From the NCBI GenBank assembly GCA_046597055.1, contig JBKJLC010000217.1, positions 1-20,381 on the forward strand: 20,381 nt of DNA, read 5' to 3'. This document shows, piece after piece, positions 11,881 to 20,381 of this stretch; within the stretch, counting starts at the first letter, position 1, and the number at the start of each line of letters is the position of its first letter. The notes under the pieces are model-generated. The model was given only the letters and a program-made list of their open reading frames with translations, searched no databases and had not been told where the DNA came from. The position numbers were made by a program, and so were the translations under genes. This stretch comes from Kofleriaceae bacterium. Its GTDB lineage: Bacteria > Myxococcota_A > Polyangia > Haliangiales > Haliangiaceae.

Positions 11881-11909
11881 TTGACGTCGCGCGTCAACGC
11901 AGGTACAAA
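11881..11909 (+). promoter_or_regulatory. Putative sigma-70-type promoter of tetR-etfB-etfA
   Basis: TTGACG (11881-11886)-N17-TACAAA (11904-11909). The -35 is one arm of the inverted repeat TTGACG-N5-CGTCAA. Confidence 0.6.
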
Positions 11910-11915
11910 CCTGAC

Positions 11916-11933
11916 TGAATGACGGTTCATTCA
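11916..11933. promoter_or_regulatory. TetR operator, FadR(YsiA)-box-like palindrome TGAATGA-N4-TCATTCA
   Basis: Perfect 7-bp AT-rich inverted repeat in GC-rich DNA, overlapping the TetR start codon. Same arms and spacing as the Bacillus subtilis FadR box as I recall it. Confidence 0.85.
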
Positions 11934-12616
11934 CCCGAGGCACGCGGCGGCCGGGCGAGCGCGGATGACCGCGCCGCCAAGCGTGAGCGGATCCTCGACG
12001 CTGCCGAGCGGGTGTTCGCGCAGCGCGGCTTCTACACCGCGAAGGTGGCCGACATCGCGCGCGAGGCCGGGGTCGCCGACGGCACCATCTACCTCTACTT
12101 CAAGAGCAAGGATGATCTGCTGATCTCGCTGTTCGAGTCGCGGATCATCCGGGTCAACCAGCAGCTCGCCGGCGCGGTCGCCGCCGCGGAGCGCCCCCGC
12201 GACAAGCTGACCGCCTTCATCCAGACGTACCTGCAGATGATCGCCGACCACCCGACGCAGGCGGAGGTCCTCACGATCGAGCTGCGGCAGTCGACCAAAT
12301 TCATGCGCGAGTACTCCGCGCACCGGTTCGGCGAGCTGCTCGGCATCCTCGGCGGCGTGATCGCCCTGGGCCAGGCGCAGGGCGACCTGACCAGCGACGT
12401 CCCGGCCCCGGTCGCCGCCCGCATGATCTGGGGCATCCTCGACGAGATGGCCCTGGCCTGGCTGCTCGGGCGGGCCGATCGCGGCAAGCGCGGCAGAAAA
12501 CCGCTGCCAAACGGGGTGGTCGGAGCCGACGACGGCGGCAAGAAATTCGATATCGTCCGCGCCGCCGAGTGGGTTGGCGCGCTCGTCACCCAAGGTCTCG
12601 AACGAAGGAGCAACGC

Positions 12617-12620
<4 letters not shown>
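11919..12620 (+). CDS. TetR/AcrR-family regulator, probably a FadR(YsiA)-like fatty-acid degradation repressor
   Basis: HTH ILDAAERVFAQRGFYTAKVADIAREAGVADGTIYLYFKSKDDLLISLFE; GTGA overlap with etfB; FadR-like box at its start. Confidence 0.93.
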
Positions 12621-13444
<824 letters not shown>

Positions 13445-13471
13445 GCCACCGCTCGCAGGAAGGAACCAGTC

Positions 13472-14440
13472 ATGGGAAACATCCTTGCATTCTGTGAGTT
13501 CGGTGACGGCGCCCTCAAGGCGTCGGCCCTCTCCAACTTGACCTTCGCGCGCCAGGCCGCGGCCGCTCACGGCGGCGACGTGATCGCGCTCGTGATCGGC
13601 GCGGGCGCGGCCGCCGCCGGGACCGCCGCCGCGACCTACGCCGGCAAGGTCGTCACCGTCGACCACGCCGACCTCGCCTACTACATGGCGGAGACCTATG
13701 CGCCGATCGTCGCGCGCCTGGCCCAGGAGCACGGCGCGTCGCTGGTCTGCGCGACCGCGACCTCGGTCGGCAAGGATCTCTTGCCGCGGGTCGCCGCCCT
13801 GCTCGACGCCGGCATGGCGTCGGACATCTCGAGGCTGGAGTCGGCGACCTCGTTCACCCGGCCGATCCTGGCCGGCAACGCGTCGTCGACGGTCGAGATC
13901 ACCACACCGATCATCTGCGTGTCGGTCCGTCAGTCGGAGTTCCCGCAGGCCGACGCGCTCGGCGGGGCCGGCACCGTCACCAGCGCCGACGCGGGCACCA
14001 TCGACGCGCGCGGCGCCAAGATCGACCGCATCGAGTCGCAGAAGAGCGACCGCCCTGAGCTGACCTCGGCCAAGGTAGTCGTGGCCGGCGGCCGCGGCAT
14101 GCAGACCAGCGAGAACTTCAAGAAGCTCGAGGAGCTCGCCGATCTCCTCGGCGCGGCCATGGGCGCCTCGCGCGCCGCCACCGACGCCGGCCTGGTCCCG
14201 GCCGACTGGCAGGTCGGCCAGACCGGCAAGGTGGTCGCGCCCAACCTGTACTTCGCGGTCGCGATCTCCGGGGCGATCCAGCACCTCGCGGGCATGAAGG
14301 GCTCCAAGACGATCGTCGCGATCAACAAGGACCCCGAGGCCCCGATCTTCCAGGTCGCCGACTACGGCGTGGTGACCACCTGGGAGAAGGCGCTGCCCGA
14401 GCTCATCGAGGAGATCAAGAAGGTCAAGGCGGCGCGCTGA
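13472..14440 (+). CDS. etfA: Electron transfer flavoprotein alpha subunit
   Basis: [68 protein letters not shown]. Confidence 0.98.
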   Translation: MGNILAFCEFGDGALKASALSNLTFARQAAAAHGGDVIALVIGAGAAAAGTAAATYAGKVVTVDHADLAYYMAETYAPIVARLAQEHGASLVCATATSVGKDLLPRVAALLDAGMASDISRLESATSFTRPILAGNASSTVEITTPIICVSVRQSEFPQADALGGAGTVTSADAGTIDARGAKIDRIESQKSDRPELTSAKVVVAGGRGMQTSENFKKLEELADLLGAAMGASRAATDAGLVPADWQVGQTGKVVAPNLYFAVAISGAIQHLAGMKGSKTIVAINKDPEAPIFQVADYGVVTTWEKALPELIEEIKKVKAAR

Positions 14441-14461
14441 TCGCACGCTGACCGGTTTGCA

Positions 14462-14494
14462 CGGCGGCGCCTCGCGGGGCGCCGTCGCTATTTT
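14462..14494 (+). terminator. Putative intrinsic terminator after etfA
   Basis: Stem CGGCGGCGCC (14462-71) / GGCGCCGTCG (14478-87, one G-U pair), followed by CTATTTT. Confidence 0.6.
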
Positions 14495-14520
14495 CGGCGG
14501 CCCCTGGCGCCGCCAGCCAG

Positions 14521-14910
14521 GTGACACGCGCCGACCTGGCGGTACCCTCGGCCATGACCTTCGTGCCGCACGCGATCCTGGTCGCGATCGTGTACCTGTG
14601 GATCGAAGGCGTCGTCCTGCCCGGCAGCCAGCTCGCGTTCGCGCTCACCGCCGCAGCGCTGCCGCTCTGGGCGATGTGGTGCGGCCGGCGCCGTTCGGTC
14701 CTGCGCGCCATGCTGCTCGGCCCCGGCACCGCCATCCTGGGCGCGGCCGCGGTGCTGGTGTGGGCGCTGCTCGATCCCGCGAGCGCACCGGTCGGCGAGC
14801 TCGACCTGCTCGTCTTGCTGGTTGCCGGCGCGGCGCTGGTGCTCTACGCCATCTACTGTGCGGTCGCCTTTGCCCTCGCCGCCTGGCTGCTGCGCCGGCG
14901 TCGCCCGTGA
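14521..14910 (+). CDS. Hypothetical integral membrane protein (~4 TM)
   Basis: 129-aa hydrophobic ORF with GC3-rich codons and a basic C-terminus (RRRRP). It fills the gap between etfA and the next gene. The start may be ATG 14554. Confidence 0.7.
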   Translation: MTRADLAVPSAMTFVPHAILVAIVYLWIEGVVLPGSQLAFALTAAALPLWAMWCGRRRSVLRAMLLGPGTAILGAAAVLVWALLDPASAPVGELDLLVLLVAGAALVLYAIYCAVAFALAAWLLRRRRP

Positions 14911-14993
14911 CACTCTGTCGCCCTGTCCATCCGGGTAGCTGGACGCCGGCTGCCGCGTGCTACGCTACACCCTGTTCTCGATCGGAGAAAACC

Positions 14994-15728
14994 ATGGCCT
15001 ACGCACACGCTGACTCTCGTCCCATCCATGGCGCCGTTGCCACCCTCGGGGTGAGCGAGCGCGTCGCCTTCCTTCGCAAGACCTACGCCCACCTCGGCGG
15101 CGCGCTGATCCTGTGGGCGGTCGCGACGGCCCTCTTCATGCGAAGCGAGCTGAGCCTCCGCTATGTCATGTGGGTCGGTCAGGGGACCATGAACATGCTG
15201 CTCGTGTTCGCTGGCTTCATGGCCGCCGGCTACGCCGCGCAGCGGATGGCAGCCTCGCAGTCCTCGCGCGCGGTCCAGTACGCCGGGCTTGTGCTCGAGA
15301 TCGCGGCCTTCACGCTGCTCACGCAGCCGGTCCTGTGGTTCGCCTACGCGGTGAGCAACAGCGTCGGTGACTTCCACAGCCTGGTCGCGCAGGCCGCGCT
15401 GGTGACCGGTGTGATCTTCGGCGGGCTCACGGCGACGGTGTTCATCACCAAGAAGGACTTCTCCTTCATGCGCGGCGCGCTGACGATCGCGACCTTCGCC
15501 TTGCTGGGCGTGGCCCTCGCCTCGATCATCTTCGGCTTCAGTCTCGGCATCCTGTGGTCGGCCGCGATCATCCTGCTGATGGCGGGCTACATCCTCTACC
15601 AGACCTCCTCGGTGCTGAAGGACTTCCCGCCCGGCTACCACGTGGCGGCGGCCCTGATGCTGTTCTCGACCGTGGCGACCCTCTTCATCCACATGTTGAG
15701 CTTCCTCAGCCGTCTTCGCGGCGACTGA
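14994..15728 (+). CDS. Bax inhibitor-1/YccA family membrane protein
   Basis: ATG 14994 with GGAG SD and an extended -10 TGCTACGCT upstream; [35 protein letters not shown]; ~7 TM. Confidence 0.92.
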   Translation: MAYAHADSRPIHGAVATLGVSERVAFLRKTYAHLGGALILWAVATALFMRSELSLRYVMWVGQGTMNMLLVFAGFMAAGYAAQRMAASQSSRAVQYAGLVLEIAAFTLLTQPVLWFAYAVSNSVGDFHSLVAQAALVTGVIFGGLTATVFITKKDFSFMRGALTIATFALLGVALASIIFGFSLGILWSAAIILLMAGYILYQTSSVLKDFPPGYHVAAALMLFSTVATLFIHMLSFLSRLRGD

Positions 15729-15755
15729 CGCACGGCGTCCGTCCCGTCGAAGACT

Positions 15756-15785
15756 GCCGGGCCCTGCGGGGCCCGGTTTCGTTTT
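15756..15785 (+). terminator. Intrinsic terminator
   Basis: CCGGGCCC-TGCG-GGGCCCGG perfect 8-bp stem followed by TTTCGTTTT. Confidence 0.8.
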
Positions 15786-15828
15786 CGGCCGCGGTTTCGC
15801 GCCCGGCGCTCGCGTATACTGCTTGCCC

Positions 15829-16808
<980 letters not shown>

Positions 16809-16809
<1 letters not shown>

Positions 16810-17939
16810 TGGCCACGGCGGCGCCGGTGCGGACCCGCGCGCCGACGCGCTGGCAGCGCGCGATGCGCCGCCTGCGCCCGCCGCGGCGGCTGTCGTTCAC
16901 CCGCGAGGGCCGCTGGTTCGTGTTCCTCTCGATCGCGATCGGCATCGCCGCGATCAACACCGGCAACAACCTCCTCTACTTGCTGCTGTCGTGGCTGCTG
17001 TCGTTCATCATCGCGTCGGGGGTGCTGTCCGAGGTCACGATGCGCGGCCTCGGCGTGACCCGGCGGGCACCGCCCCAGGTGTTCGCCGGTCAGCCGTTCC
17101 TGATGGAGATCGCGGTCGAGAACCAGAAGGCGGGCACCGCGAGCTACTCGATCGAGATCGAGGACCTGCTCGACGGCCGACCGCTCGACAAGAAGTGCTA
17201 CTTCCTCAAGATCCCGCCGGGGCGGACCCAGCGCACGTCGTACCGCCACACGTTCACCCGACGCGGGCTGTACCGCTTCGACGGGTTCCGGATCGCGACC
17301 CGGTTCCCGTTCACCCTCTTCCGCAAGTCGCGCGACGTCGAGAGCGCGAGCGAGGTGCTGGTGTTCCCGCGCATCGCCACGATGAGTCGGCCGCCGCCGC
17401 GCCCGCGCACGGTCGGCGTGGGCGCCAGCGCCCGGCTCGGTCGCCGCGGTGAGTTCTTCGGGCTGCGCGAGTGGCGCGACGGCGACGACCGCCGCGACAT
17501 CCACTGGCGCTCGACCGCACGCTCGGGCCGGGTGATGGTGCGCGAGCTGCAAGACGAGCTCGAGCGGCAGGTGACGATCGCGGTCGACAACGCGCTGCCG
17601 GCCCAGGTCGTGCGTGCGCTCGCCGCCGGCGACCGCCTGCGCGAGGACGCCCCGATCGCCGACGCGCTCGAGCGCGCGATCTCGACCGCGGCGAGCCTGG
17701 CCGCGACCTACCTCGAGGCGGGCTGGGCGGTCGGCCTGGCCGCCCGCGGCGCCCGGGTGCCGCTGGCGGTCGGCAAGCCGCAGCTGACCCGGATCCTGCG
17801 CGAGCTCGCGCTGCTGGCCACGGTCACCGACGACGTCGCGATGGCCGAGCTCGACGGCCGCCACGATCGCGTGCTGGTGGTGCCCGCCGAGGTCGCCGCC
17901 GCCGGCCGACCCGCCGCCGATCATGTCCTCCACGCCTGA
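16809..17939 (+). CDS. DUF58-family protein (MoxR partner) with N-terminal TM hairpin
   Basis: [50 protein letters not shown] overlap with moxR. Confidence 0.93.
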
Positions 17940-17945
17940 CCTCCC

Positions 17946-20201
<2,256 letters not shown>

Positions 20202-20295
20202 CACCTGCCACGCGATCGCGCTGCCAATCTGGCGCGAAGTTGATGCTGCCAAGTGCGCATGTTAGCTAGGGAAGGACGCTGCGTGGCCGCCGGCC

Positions 20296-20311
20296 GGGCA
20301 CCGTCCTTGCA
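20296..20311 (+). promoter_or_regulatory. Sigma-54 (-24/-12) promoter
   Basis: GGGCAC-CGTCC-TTGCA against the consensus TGGCAC-N5-TTGCW, with exact GG-N10-GC spacing, in an intergenic region 13 nt before an ATG. Confidence 0.75.
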
Positions 20312-20324
20312 AAGGCGCTCCCCC

Positions 20325-20381
20325 ATGTCTCGCTTCTGGCCTGTCCTCGCCTCGCTCGCGCTCGCCTCGGTCGCGCTGCCC
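20325..20381 (+). CDS. Start of a probable secreted protein (partial)
   Basis: MSRFWPVLASLALASVALP... resembles a Sec signal peptide; the frame is open to the window end. Confidence 0.65.
   Translation, partial: MSRFWPVLASLALASVALP

Noticed and set aside
14457..14993. Long N-terminal extension of the BI-1/YccA ORF
   Set aside because: It overlaps the 14521..14910 membrane gene. A clear SD and promoter precede ATG 14994.

Overview
High-GC (by eye ~70%) bacterial chromosomal segment, most likely from a myxobacterium (inferred from gene content and style, not from a database match). Order: partial MinD/FlhG-type ATPase (-, missing from the ORF track); an RHH-like antitoxin/PIN toxin pair; a membrane sensor kinase with a sigma-54 (NtrC-family) response regulator; acylphosphatase (-); a divergent Rho homologue coupled to an atypical calcineurin-like metallophosphoesterase; EF-hand lipoprotein (-); rpmE-prfA; a Cys-rich lipoprotein; TlpA and DsbA-like thioredoxin-fold genes (-); TetR-etfB-etfA with a Bacillus FadR(YsiA)-type operator; a small membrane protein; Bax inhibitor-1/YccA; moxR-DUF58-transglutaminase; and the start of a secreted protein behind a near-consensus sigma-54 promoter. 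The best candidate for an undescribed system is the Rho-like gene. Its RNA-binding domain is intact, but the motor domain lacks the catalytic Glu and other near-invariant residues (a possible pseudo-Rho), and it sits 3 nt upstream of a phosphoesterase with altered metal ligands. No RNA genes, CRISPR arrays or transposases were seen.
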